A stretch of DNA of 64,000 nucleotides from a virus, in the IMG/VR virus record IMGVR_UViG_3300042556_001053, positions 32,001-96,000 of that record, one strand, 5' to 3'. Shown one piece after another: positions 48,773-58,392 of the stretch. Made by a program: the position numbers and the translations under genes. Positions within the stretch are counted from its first letter, which is position 1, and every line of letters starts with the position of its first letter. The notes beneath the pieces are model-generated. The model had not been told where the DNA came from, did no database searches, and saw nothing but the letters and a program-made list of their open reading frames with translations.

Positions 48773-49448
48773 CGGACTGACCATTGAAGGTAGCCCTGAC
48801 TCTGTAAAGAAGTTAATGGAGCAGATGAATACACCATTCGTTCGTGTCCATGACCAATGGAATGTAAAGACACAGCAAATGGAAAAGCAACAGGTTACAT
48901 ATCCAAACCCTGTCTTTGCATTCTGGAATATAATTAAACCAACTGACATGGAAGCATACGACGGTCCTCAACCTAAGAATGACAACTTTGAAGAGGCCAT
49001 GAAGTTTAAGTCAGACCACTGGTACGATTGGAATGTTCGCAACTGGGGAACTAAGTGGGATGTAGCCGTCTCATCTCTTGAAACTAATCCTGATACATAC
49101 ATGGAAGAAACAGCCAATGGTGAGAACCATGTTGTCTACTATAACTTTGAGACTGCATGGTCTCGTCCTATGAGTGCTTTAACTAAGTTATCTGAACAGT
49201 ACCCTGATTTATTATTTACTTTGTCATATGAGGAAGAGACTGGCTGGGGTGGCGAATGTGAACTGCTTCGTGGTAAAGTTATCTCAGAGTCACAGTATGA
49301 CAACATGTGCCGTAATTGCGACGGTACCTACCTAGATAATGAAATCGTAGGTTGTGATGACTGTGGAGACTATCCATGCCCTCTATGTGGCTGGAGCAAT
49401 GACATGTGTGAAGCACACCAAACTAGATATGAGGACCAACATGCCTAA
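48753..49448 (+). CDS. DUF1281/YubB (Api92-like) ferredoxin-like domain protein with C-terminal Cys cluster
   Basis: MPNWVYNGLTI, WYDWNVRNWGTKWD and FETAWS.P motifs. Confidence 0.8.
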   Translation: MPNWVYNGLTIEGSPDSVKKLMEQMNTPFVRVHDQWNVKTQQMEKQQVTYPNPVFAFWNIIKPTDMEAYDGPQPKNDNFEEAMKFKSDHWYDWNVRNWGTKWDVAVSSLETNPDTYMEETANGENHVVYYNFETAWSRPMSALTKLSEQYPDLLFTLSYEEETGWGGECELLRGKVISESQYDNMCRNCDGTYLDNEIVGCDDCGDYPCPLCGWSNDMCEAHQTRYEDQHA

Positions 49449-49683
49449 GACTACTTATCTTATTGAACTAGCCGTTGATGAAGAATGGTTTCATGCAATT
49501 AGTGAACTGACTGCAGATGTACACGAGGGTGAAATATGCGAATGGGTCAGGGTACAGGCAGAGACTGAGACTGATGATCAAGACTGTGAGAACTGCGAAA
49601 GCAATCCTAAAGAGCACCCTGAAGGCAAGTGGTGCACATCATGCAGGGATGAATTTAAAGAGTCTGAGGAGGACGACGAATGA
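49441..49683 (+). CDS. Hypothetical acidic Zn-finger-like protein
   Basis: CENC...CTSC; GAGGA RBS. Confidence 0.5.
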   Translation: MPKTTYLIELAVDEEWFHAISELTADVHEGEICEWVRVQAETETDDQDCENCESNPKEHPEGKWCTSCRDEFKESEEDDE

Positions 49684-49744
49684 ACTGGACACAGCCATCG
49701 TTATTTGATACAATTGAAGAACACACTACAGATAAGGAACAAGA

Positions 49745-49942
49745 ATGCACAAAGAGTCACTACTAGAAGTTGTTAACTTTATTGAAGCCATCATTGATGA
49801 ACTGGAATGTGAACTTATTCCTCTTGATGAGGTTGCAGACACACCAGAAGAACTAACAGCAATGATTGCACTACAAACCAAAATTGATACTCTGTCAGAA
49901 CTAATCCTTGACATGATGTCATTTGATTGGGAGGAGAAGTAA
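49745..49942 (+). CDS. Hypothetical acidic protein
   Basis: AAGGA RBS. Confidence 0.5.
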   Translation: MHKESLLEVVNFIEAIIDELECELIPLDEVADTPEELTAMIALQTKIDTLSELILDMMSFDWEEK

Positions 49943-50292
49943 TGGGAGCTCGTATAAACTTTGTATTTAAGGATGACCTTGATTCAGCAGTGGTCCTATA
50001 CAGTCACTGGGGCCAGACAGAATGGCAGCGGGATATAGCAATGGCGCTAAATCATGCTAAGCCTAGATGGACAGACTCATCATATGCCACACGTATGATG
50101 ATTAGTTACCTTATTCAAGATAGCGTCCTGGAAGAAACAGGTTTTGGTATCTACTCTATCACTGGTACCAACTATGATTTAGGGGAGCAGACAGTAGTTA
50201 TTGATTTAATTAATCATACAGTCACTGATATCCATCCTGTCAAATGGGATAACTTTATCCAAGCATATTTACCTGAGCACGCAGCGGTATAA
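49942..50292 (+). CDS. Hypothetical protein (MGAR...LYSHWG)
   Basis: GGAGGAG RBS, TAATG coupling. Confidence 0.6.
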   Translation: MGARINFVFKDDLDSAVVLYSHWGQTEWQRDIAMALNHAKPRWTDSSYATRMMISYLIQDSVLEETGFGIYSITGTNYDLGEQTVVIDLINHTVTDIHPVKWDNFIQAYLPEHAAV

Positions 50293-50307
50293 AGCAGACG
50301 CTGCAAC

Positions 50308-50350
50308 GGGGGAGTGCGATTTGTGGTGGGTTGCGCTCCCCCCTTATTTT
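50308..50350 (+). terminator. Intrinsic terminator
   Basis: GGGGGAGTGCGA...TTGCGCTCCCCC followed by TTATTTT. Confidence 0.65.
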
Positions 50351-50375
50351 TGATACAATGAACTGAGGGAGAACC

Positions 50376-50588
50376 ATGAGACGAAAACTAATAACCAAAG
50401 AAGAAAAGATAGCAATCCAACTATCCAATGTCTTAGCAGACCTACGCCTTGACCTTGACCTAGTGGGACATCATCTTGCCCAATCATCTCCCAACGTAAT
50501 CTACAATCGTTTAATTACTATTGCAGACTCAGCGGAAGCAACTAAGCAAGAGCAATACAATCACTACAACAACTACAAACTATTCTAG
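50376..50588 (+). CDS. Hypothetical protein
   Basis: GAGGGAG RBS. Confidence 0.55.
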   Translation: MRRKLITKEEKIAIQLSNVLADLRLDLDLVGHHLAQSSPNVIYNRLITIADSAEATKQEQYNHYNNYKLF

Positions 50589-50619
50589 AAAGGCTGCAGC
50601 GGTGGGCTTGACAAAAGCC

Positions 50620-51440
50620 TGCCGTTGTGCCCGAGGTGGTCAAACCACTTCTTCAAACCTTATTACGATCAAACCATTTTTTTCCCATTTTCGGACATTA
50701 CGACAGCTCAAAAAAATTCTCCTAATTTTAGACATTACGAACGATCAAAAAATTTTCCAGATTGTAGCATATCAAACCTTTCTTTGTCAAACCATGTTAT
50801 AATGGTTTTATGCCAAGAGATCATTTTTCTCAAATGAGTAAGAACTCATCTCATCGCCATGATCAACCACATGATATAGAAACCTTCAATAAAGACTTTG
50901 GTGCTATATGTGGTATGTTGTATAGTGTTATAACTCTTAAGTGTTTCTTTCCTAAGTCCCCCGCCCAAAGCGTGACTAATAATCCTGTCACTCATTCTGC
51001 GGGACGGTATATACAAGAACAACTACCATTCTAAATCCCTATAGTATATAAGACATTACGATATCAAACCTTTTCTCCTGGTTTTTGATATATTTTTAAA
51101 TATTATCAAACCTTTCTATTATATTTCTGGACATTTTGGGCAATTTTGTATAGGGTTTTATATAAGGTTTGTAAGGTTTGATACTTGACAAATGTGAGGT
51201 TTGGGTATATAATCCAGGCAAGATGTAAGGTTTGAAGGTTTGGTATGTGAGGTTTGAAAGCCGTTGACATTACGGCCCCATCTGTATAAATGCTCAATAA
51301 CCCACTAGACATATCCAAACCAGATGTAAACCATATATAAAAAATATCAGTAAGATTTATATGTGGATAACTTGTGGATAACTATGTGTAAAACCACTAA
51401 TTTGAGCTATCTAAATTATCGTTTAGCCTGTGGATATCTT
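50620..51440. other. Candidate replication origin: TCAAACC and GACATTACG iterons, AT-rich core, DnaA boxes
   Basis: Many (T)CAAACC/GGTTTG copies in opposed orientation; GACATTACG four times; TGTGGATAA at 51362 and 51373. Confidence 0.5.
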
Positions 51441-51595
51441 TTAAAAAACGGTACAGTCTTTTGGCTATAGGGCATATGGGCATATGCTGATGTCTTATTA
51501 CATAGGTTATTTACTATAGGGATTCTGGTGTCTTTCTTGACTTCCCCCGTTTTTTCTGAGACAATTGTATCAAGATACTATTGAAAGGTTTGACA

Positions 51596-51811
51596 ATGAA
51601 AGGTTCACTTTGTGCTTATAAGCGTGGAGAGCGTTACTTTACTAGTTATCACTGGTGTAATGAGTGTCCTCCTGTTTCTGAGTACCGTGCAATGGAGCGA
51701 CAGCAAAAGCTTGACTGGACAAATGCAAATAAGATGAGAAATGAAAAGTGGAAGATCAAGAATGAGCGACGTATCAAGCACGATAAGAGTTTAGCGGATA
51801 AAGGGTTCTAA
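51596..51811 (+). CDS. Hypothetical basic protein
   Basis: GAAAGGT RBS. Confidence 0.45.
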   Translation: MKGSLCAYKRGERYFTSYHWCNECPPVSEYRAMERQQKLDWTNANKMRNEKWKIKNERRIKHDKSLADKGF

Positions 51812-51836
51812 CCAATAGTGCCCCTGTGGGGCATAG

Positions 51837-51872
51837 GATGGTTTGATACCTCTATTTCGCCGCCGAACTTAA
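51837..51872 (-). repeat. Right copy of 36-bp long-range inverted repeat
   Basis: Reverse complement matches 37901..37936 at 31/36. Confidence 0.8.
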
Positions 51873-51880
51873 AAGATTAA

Positions 51881-52693
51881 TTACTTCTGGTATGCCCAGA
51901 TTCCTCTAAATTCTCTATCGGCGGAGTTAAAACCGCCCGTCACAGCATGGGCGCACTTGAATAGATCTGGTATAACAATATCGCCCTGTTGCCATTTATG
52001 AACGATTCTAATATCTTCATTGTCCATAATTATCTTCTCTATTTTTCGTATTAATGAGTAAAAATAATCTAAAGATTCTTGAGATGGAGATTCATTTTTA
52101 TAAGAGACCAAAGGAACTATATGAGGTTCTGGTAGTATCATAAATCTAATAATTGGCTTATTAGTCAGCCAGTGATTGTCAATGATAGGGTGCTGGTCTG
52201 ACAAATTTGTGCTTGCACTAAGATATCCAGACTTTACCTGAGAATCTTTAATAAAATCTGGTTCAGTTATTATACTATCAAGAAGAAACTGCTGCTCATG
52301 CTCTGTTAACATATCAAAGACAAGGCCTGTATCTACAAAGTATGTCTTGCCATTGTTGTTATCTGTCTTAAAGTTATACATATTCCACGTTGCTGCAACG
52401 ATTGGATTTATATAGTAAGTGTGCTCAATATGCCACTCTACTATCACATCATCTGGTCCAGATTCAATGTGAGACTTACGTTCATGATTTTCAACATACT
52501 CGCTTGTATCATCAGCATGTTTCCATCCCATAAGGCTGCCAAGCCTAGCTCCAAATTCAAACTGCTCTTCTTGGGTTAGGTTAGCATTTCTAAAACATAT
52601 TACAGAGTCATTAATAAACTTGTTCTTGTAATACTCTATATTATCAAGTACAGATTCAATACCAGGAAACTCTATAGGCTCTACACTTATCAC
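51881..52693 (-). CDS. TauD/TfdA-family 2OG-Fe(II) dioxygenase
   Basis: VICFRN, WHIEH, GKTYFVD and HKWQQGDIVIPD...AHA...R. Confidence 0.8.
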   Translation of the reverse strand: MISVEPIEFPGIESVLDNIEYYKNKFINDSVICFRNANLTQEEQFEFGARLGSLMGWKHADDTSEYVENHERKSHIESGPDDVIVEWHIEHTYYINPIVAATWNMYNFKTDNNNGKTYFVDTGLVFDMLTEHEQQFLLDSIITEPDFIKDSQVKSGYLSASTNLSDQHPIIDNHWLTNKPIIRFMILPEPHIVPLVSYKNESPSQESLDYFYSLIRKIEKIIMDNEDIRIVHKWQQGDIVIPDLFKCAHAVTGGFNSADREFRGIWAYQK

Positions 52694-52968
52694 TCTGATG
52701 CCTCATCAACATATTGTGGTGCAATACATGGCTCATTGACTGCATGTGCTACATATTTGCCACAAGGACATCTTCCTGTAGCACATTGGCACTTCTTTTC
52801 AGGATCTTCTCTTCCGTATGGGTGTGTTGGGAATGGTAGGCTATCCCTATTTTCTTCTGTGACTACAACAAATATTGCCTTTTCTTGACATATTGTGCAG
52901 GCTTGAGCCTCTCCTTCCTCACATTGCATATTCATGCCACATCTTAAACATCTATAGTCTATTCTCAT
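52690..52968 (-). CDS. Cys-rich small protein (zinc-ribbon-like)
   Basis: CLRC...CTIC...CQC..GRCPC; leaderless promoter. Confidence 0.55.
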   Translation of the reverse strand: MRIDYRCLRCGMNMQCEEGEAQACTICQEKAIFVVVTEENRDSLPFPTHPYGREDPEKKCQCATGRCPCGKYVAHAVNEPCIAPQYVDEASE

Positions 52969-53037
52969 GATTTTAGTATACCATATTTGACATTCCCCGT
53001 TTTTTGTGAGACAATAGGTATTGAAAAGGAGAATAAC

Positions 53038-53244
53038 ATGAAATACATTTATGCTGTTGATTTAGAGAGAATGGAAGAGCTTTATTTTAGTAACACTCAG
53101 ACTAATTTCTTTGCTGATGATGAAGAAAGAAGTAAGTTTAATGCTAAGCTTATAGTTGAAGCAGATACTGAAGATGAAGCTTTAAGAATGAGGATGGGTA
53201 TGACAGATATAAATATGTGGAAACTTATAGATACAGAGCAATAA
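53038..53244 (+). CDS. Hypothetical protein
   Basis: AAGGAG RBS. Confidence 0.55.
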   Translation: MKYIYAVDLERMEELYFSNTQTNFFADDEERSKFNAKLIVEADTEDEALRMRMGMTDINMWKLIDTEQ

Positions 53245-53246
53245 AA

Positions 53247-53834
53247 CTATTCTGTTGGCCAATCTTTTATTATTAGATTAGAGTTGACAACACCACGATA
53301 TGGGTGCTCAGCTGGTGTTGTAATAGAATGAAAATGTCTACCATCTACAATAAATGCTGCACCTCTTTTAGGGCTAATCCTTTTGTTTACTGTCACTGAA
53401 GGTGTAGCAAAACCAGCCTTATGTCTCTCATTGTATATGACTGTATCTCCATCAGAATCACTTGGGTAGTATAAAAATATATAGTGTGGCTCGTTGTAGT
53501 CTATGTGTGGGTACAAGGTCTTTTGTGTACCTTCTACTGTTGGTGTCATTATGTTCAGTTTTAATCGTTTAAAGCCATCAAACTCAATACCGTGTTTTTC
53601 TGTGAACTTTTTAACAATGTCAAAGAATACTTGTGCTGATGGATCATCATTTTGTAGGTTGACAGTAAAATATGAAACATCTCCAACCTTAGTATCAACT
53701 ACTCCAGTATTGCCTTCTATAGTTGGGGATGCATTCTTACCAAAGCTAAACTGTATATCTTTGTGCCAGAACTGTTGTTCTGCTGCTTCTATTTCTTCTT
53801 CTGTTAGGAAGCTATCGTCATAAATAAAGAACAT
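53247..53834 (-). CDS. 2OG-Fe(II) oxygenase
   Basis: PHID...LYY..DSDGDT...H...R; AAGGGG RBS. Confidence 0.8.
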   Translation of the reverse strand: MFFIYDDSFLTEEEIEAAEQQFWHKDIQFSFGKNASPTIEGNTGVVDTKVGDVSYFTVNLQNDDPSAQVFFDIVKKFTEKHGIEFDGFKRLKLNIMTPTVEGTQKTLYPHIDYNEPHYIFLYYPSDSDGDTVIYNERHKAGFATPSVTVNKRISPKRGAAFIVDGRHFHSITTPAEHPYRGVVNSNLIIKDWPTE

Positions 53835-54012
53835 TTTATCCCCTTTTCTCTCAATTATAGCATAATGAGATGTGGTATGATATATGTATGAACCCTGGAA
53901 AATGTTTTTATTGTGATAAGGACGCATCATATTTTGATGTCATCATGGATGACGACAACTATCTGATTGCTGATGTATGCATTGATCATCTTAAGATGGG
54001 TCTATCTTCGTA

Positions 54013-54681
54013 ATGATACCAGTTCTATCAATACCAGTTTTAAATAGGTATGATCTGTTGGATAAAAATCTAGAGCTGATTGATTTTCCTATTAAAGAAA
54101 TATTAATTATTAATAATGGAAAAGAAGATTATCATCCAAAAAGAAAAGATTTAAATGTAAGAGTTTTAAATCTACCATCTAATTTGGGCATGGCTGGGTC
54201 TTGGAATTTAACAATAAAGCTTTACCCTCATGAAAAGTTTTGGCTATTCTCTTCAGCAGACACACACTGGATTCCTGGTGCACTAGAAAAATTTTATAAG
54301 TTAAGTAGCCCATCCAAAATGATAGCATCAACTGAAGGGTTTAGTTGTTTTTCTCTTGGAGAAGACATTGTAAGGAAAGCTGGATTGTTTGATGAATATT
54401 TTTATCCTTACATGTGGGAAGACAGCGAGTATGCTGAAAGATTTGAATCTATAAAAAAGAAAAATAATTATAATAATTTAGGCATGGATTTTCATGTAAT
54501 CAAAGTTAATACACCAGAAGGACCAGCTCAAAGTATTAACAGTGATCCAAAATTATTTGAGAAGTATACAGAAACAGCCTATAAAAATGAAGAATATTTA
54601 AAATTAAAAAGATCTCAAGACTTTCAAATAATGGGTAGTTGGGACATAGATAGAAGAAGAGATCAAGAATGGCTACTATAG
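54013..54681 (+). CDS. Glycosyltransferase family 2-like
   Basis: IPVLNRYDLL, IINNG, NLGMAGSWN and GLFDEYFYP..WEDSEY. Confidence 0.75.
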   Translation: MIPVLSIPVLNRYDLLDKNLELIDFPIKEILIINNGKEDYHPKRKDLNVRVLNLPSNLGMAGSWNLTIKLYPHEKFWLFSSADTHWIPGALEKFYKLSSPSKMIASTEGFSCFSLGEDIVRKAGLFDEYFYPYMWEDSEYAERFESIKKKNNYNNLGMDFHVIKVNTPEGPAQSINSDPKLFEKYTETAYKNEEYLKLKRSQDFQIMGSWDIDRRRDQEWLL

Positions 54682-55331
54682 GAATTCTTCCAGCATCTGG
54701 AAAAGCATTAAGAATAGGTGGCATACCAAAGTTTTCTTTGCCTATATCAGATGAAAAGTCTTTATTACAGTGGCATGTAGATCAAATGTTAGAAGTTTGT
54801 GATGAGGTCAGGGTATCTACTAAATCAGAATGGATACCAATCATTCAAAACATGAACATGAATATTAAACTTATTGCTCTTGAGCCATCAACAATGTCTC
54901 ATGCAGTAAAGTTTTTAGTTGGAGATTATAACGATACAGTTTTAGTTGGCATGCCAGATACATATATACACAATACAGATAAAAACATATACAAACAAAT
55001 GATGAGTGTTGCTGGTGATTTAGTTCTTGGAACATGGGAATGTGACAATAATCTTAAGGGCAGTGTTGGTCAGGTTTTATTATCTGGAAACAAAGTAATT
55101 GCTTCTACTGACAAATCATCTGATTGTGAATACCCACATATGTGGGGAACAATGATGTTTAGAAAAAACCTGGTAAGATATATAGACCCAGACCTAGAGC
55201 ATCCAGGAAAGCAAATACAGGAATGGATAGACATGAATCTAGATATAAGATCCTCAAGTTCAGGTGGTAAGTATATGGACATAGGAACATTCTCAGGTTT
55301 AAAACAACTATATAAAGAAATGGATAAATAA
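54669..55331 (+). CDS. Sugar-phosphate nucleotidyltransferase-like
   Basis: GILPASGKALRIGGIPKF, GMPD and YMDIGT. Confidence 0.75.
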   Translation: MATIGILPASGKALRIGGIPKFSLPISDEKSLLQWHVDQMLEVCDEVRVSTKSEWIPIIQNMNMNIKLIALEPSTMSHAVKFLVGDYNDTVLVGMPDTYIHNTDKNIYKQMMSVAGDLVLGTWECDNNLKGSVGQVLLSGNKVIASTDKSSDCEYPHMWGTMMFRKNLVRYIDPDLEHPGKQIQEWIDMNLDIRSSSSGGKYMDIGTFSGLKQLYKEMDK

Positions 55332-55335
55332 TAAA

Positions 55336-56115
55336 ATGTATAATGCCAAACTAAACAATGAGGCTTTTTTTGAAACAGATTTAGATAAACTTTCGGAAAT
55401 CTGGGAACCAAGAAAAGAATATATAGACAAAGATTTATGGGTTATTAGAAACTTTTTGATACCGCCTGAATTAGAATGGCTAAACAATGAAGCAAATGAT
55501 CCAGATGGCTGGTACACAACTATGAGATCTCCTTATGGTGGAAATATAAAAAATAAATTTTTAGGGTATATACCAGATTATGATGAAAATGGAAACATGC
55601 TTGTTCCTACAGAGCATTCAAAATGGAGGGAAAGAGATCATATTAATTATATAGAAAAAAGAATAGAGTCTGTTGTACCTAAATATTTTGGTGGAGCTGG
55701 TGCTCTTCAGTCTTTCTTTGAAGTTTCTGATGAACAAATTTTTCAAGAAACTGGAAGAACAGATATTGATTATGCAATGGGATGGCATTATGAAAGAGAT
55801 GATAGTGACTCAGAAAACCAACAAACAACTATTGTAGAAAACTCAAAAACACAAGGTAAAAGAATTAATAGTCAAGGGAAAATATCAGGATCTTTTAATG
55901 TTTACATTAATGATAATTTTGATGGTGGAATCTTAGAGTTTAGAAATAAAGATTATGTTGTTAAGCCAGAGGTTGGAATGCTGGTGAATATTCCTTTGTA
56001 TAAAGAGTTTGAGCACAGAGTAACAAAGGTTACAAATGGAAATAGACACACGATCTATGGAAGATCTTGGGATATTCAGGATGGAAAATATTTCTCTACT
56101 AACGAAGACTGCTAG
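55336..56115 (+). CDS. 2OG-Fe(II) oxygenase (HxE variant)
   Basis: WHYE...YINDNFDGG...HRV..VTNGNR. Confidence 0.75.
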   Translation: MYNAKLNNEAFFETDLDKLSEIWEPRKEYIDKDLWVIRNFLIPPELEWLNNEANDPDGWYTTMRSPYGGNIKNKFLGYIPDYDENGNMLVPTEHSKWRERDHINYIEKRIESVVPKYFGGAGALQSFFEVSDEQIFQETGRTDIDYAMGWHYERDDSDSENQQTTIVENSKTQGKRINSQGKISGSFNVYINDNFDGGILEFRNKDYVVKPEVGMLVNIPLYKEFEHRVTKVTNGNRHTIYGRSWDIQDGKYFSTNEDC

Positions 56116-56238
56116 ACTTGACTTTAGCTTTCTTGTGGGTTATAATTAATGTATGACTACTAGTTGTATAGAGTGTAATAAGATTGATACAGATGAAGAC
56201 TTTTATGAGACTCATCAGTACATGTCTAACAATAGGTT

Positions 56239-56571
56239 ATGGTGTGTAAATGCCAAAAGAGCCTAGAATTATGCAGATGGACTGGAAAGCTTTGGGATAT
56301 GAGAGGGAGTATAAAGATGGCAAACTCAGATGGATTCCTCAAGAGTTCAAAGAAAATAAACAGGACAAGGATACTTCCTCTTAGATGGATTGGTAATATC
56401 TGTAGTAATATTGCTACTAGGAGTTTGCTTAAAGCTTTTTATTTAGATGAGCAGGGCAATTATGGATACCGTTTCAAATTCCACAGCAAGGTTTGGGTTA
56501 CACTTAATAAACCATATGAGCGTTGGGGTACATACTATACAATTGATACAAGCAAGTGGAATAAAAAATGA
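56239..56571 (+). CDS. Hypothetical basic protein (start uncertain)
   Basis: ORF overlapping the next start (ATGA). Confidence 0.4.
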   Translation: MVCKCQKSLELCRWTGKLWDMRGSIKMANSDGFLKSSKKINRTRILPLRWIGNICSNIATRSLLKAFYLDEQGNYGYRFKFHSKVWVTLNKPYERWGTYYTIDTSKWNKK

Positions 56572-57218
56572 GACAGCCTATTCACGGTGCATTTGAATCA
56601 TATCTGCAACCAGATAGTGGTACATGGAACTGGAATGAATCGTTACAGGCTTGGGAAGAATTAGATAATTATAAGCTACAAGAAGCTTTAACTATTTCTG
56701 GATATCCAAGAAGTGGAAACACATTTATTAATCATGCATTTTTTAAGATGTATGATTTTGCTCACATTAACTTCAATCGTCATACTGTAAAGAGTATTGC
56801 AGAAAGAGATCACACTTTTGTTCCCTTTAGACACCCGCTTGAAGCAATAAGTTCTTGGCACATATATCAGCAGGTACATTTTTTAGATGTAAGGTTTATT
56901 GAAAACGATATCAAATTCTACAATAGGTTTCATGAACAAGCATTAGCAATGAAAGATAAGATAACTTTTCTTGACTTTGATCTATTTAAAAATAACACAA
57001 AATATTTAGAGGATAAGGTTTCTCATATATACAATGTTTCTGCAATGCCAGTAGAGGCTATTGAGGTAAAAGAATTCATGGCTCATAGAAGACTGACTCT
57101 AAATATCCCACGTAATGATGATGAAACTAAGCAAGAGGTAATGTATTTTGTAGAGAAGCAAGAATTGTACAAAATATCTTTAGATCTTTACAATCAAATC
57201 AAGGAATTATCTAATTAG
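56568..57218 (+). CDS. Sulfotransferase-like protein
   Basis: ISGYPRSGNTF (5'-PSB) and PFRHPLEAISSW (3'-PB) motifs. Confidence 0.65.
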   Translation: MRQPIHGAFESYLQPDSGTWNWNESLQAWEELDNYKLQEALTISGYPRSGNTFINHAFFKMYDFAHINFNRHTVKSIAERDHTFVPFRHPLEAISSWHIYQQVHFLDVRFIENDIKFYNRFHEQALAMKDKITFLDFDLFKNNTKYLEDKVSHIYNVSAMPVEAIEVKEFMAHRRLTLNIPRNDDETKQEVMYFVEKQELYKISLDLYNQIKELSN

Positions 57219-58343
57219 CTATAAGCGATTTATCTGCCTATTTACAAACTCTAAGAACTTTCCTGTTAGTAAAGTAAAACCTAGCTCTGGTTTAGAATTA
57301 ACACACTCTGCACTAACCAAATACTTTGCCCACTCCTTAACTGCAGCCTTATTCTTGCCAGAAGTGTCTGCCAGAAGGTAGGATACAATACCTAGAGGGT
57401 ATGCTCCAGGTTCTTTGGTTGCATAGTCGTATGTAAGTATGTTGTTTGAGTCAACTGATGCTTCTCCTAAGAAGGCTGACACATTTGCACTGTCTGGTGC
57501 TACGAAATTACCAGATGCATTTCCTATGTTTGCCACCTTAAGATTAAAGAACTTAGCAAATGATACCTCTGCATATGTAATAGAATACTTAGTCTTTGAT
57601 GCAAGTGTTGCTACACCCTGTGACTGATTTGCTCCAACAACTCTTCCCATGTTATTAATATCATTAATGCTCTTTGGGAATGATGTTGAGAATGAATCAG
57701 ATACAGCTTTTGTCCAAACCTCTGGAGAGTTTGCCTTCATAAATCTAACAAAGTTATTTGTTGTTCCAGAGTTATCAAGTCTAAAGACTACCTTTATCTT
57801 TTGGTTTGGTAGTGTGTAAACAATGCTTTTGGTAGCAGTTCTTAGTATTACTGGATTTCCAGACTTATCCTTAACTAGATTACCAGCCTTATCTTTTCTA
57901 TATATAACTTCTTTAATCTTTCTATTGTTATCAGCCTTAATAGCAGGATCATTCCACATTGTTATTTCTCCCGCAAAAATCTTAGCTACTGTAGTTGATG
58001 ATAAATATAGCTGTCTGTTTCCTGGGATATTGTGCATCACTGCGATAGGTGCTGCAACAACTGGAATGTGGATTACTGATGGCTTCTTTGTTGATGCTGT
58101 GTGTGCAGAGTCTGAGAACCAGAAATCTCCAATGCCCTTATCAGATGAAGTCTTACCAGCACCAGATCCGTTTGCTGAATATGTAACAATGTTTCCTGTT
58201 GACTTGGCATAAGATGATCTGCATTCATCAATAAGGTTTGCTGGAAAAGATGCTCCATTACCAACAATATTTTCTGCTGCAAAAGCAGGGGTAGAAATAG
58301 ATAGAGCAGCAACGACTGCTATTAGGATAAGTTTAATTCTCAT
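57219..58343 (-). CDS. pstS: Phosphate ABC transporter substrate-binding protein
   Basis: Signal peptide; GNGASFP, YSANGSGAG, IFAGEITMWNDPAI, R.DNSGTTNNF and AYPL motifs. Confidence 0.88.
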   Translation of the reverse strand: MRIKLILIAVVAALSISTPAFAAENIVGNGASFPANLIDECRSSYAKSTGNIVTYSANGSGAGKTSSDKGIGDFWFSDSAHTASTKKPSVIHIPVVAAPIAVMHNIPGNRQLYLSSTTVAKIFAGEITMWNDPAIKADNNRKIKEVIYRKDKAGNLVKDKSGNPVILRTATKSIVYTLPNQKIKVVFRLDNSGTTNNFVRFMKANSPEVWTKAVSDSFSTSFPKSINDINNMGRVVGANQSQGVATLASKTKYSITYAEVSFAKFFNLKVANIGNASGNFVAPDSANVSAFLGEASVDSNNILTYDYATKEPGAYPLGIVSYLLADTSGKNKAAVKEWAKYLVSAECVNSKPELGFTLLTGKFLEFVNRQINRL

Positions 58344-58392
58344 AATAATAGTATATAGTAAATAAACTATATTATGGCAAATAATAGGCTCA

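Noticed and set aside
50521-51318. ORFs at 50521, 50625 and 51106
   Set aside because: They overlap iteron repeats, have low-complexity translations and lack start signals. 50810..51034 is uncertain and was not called.
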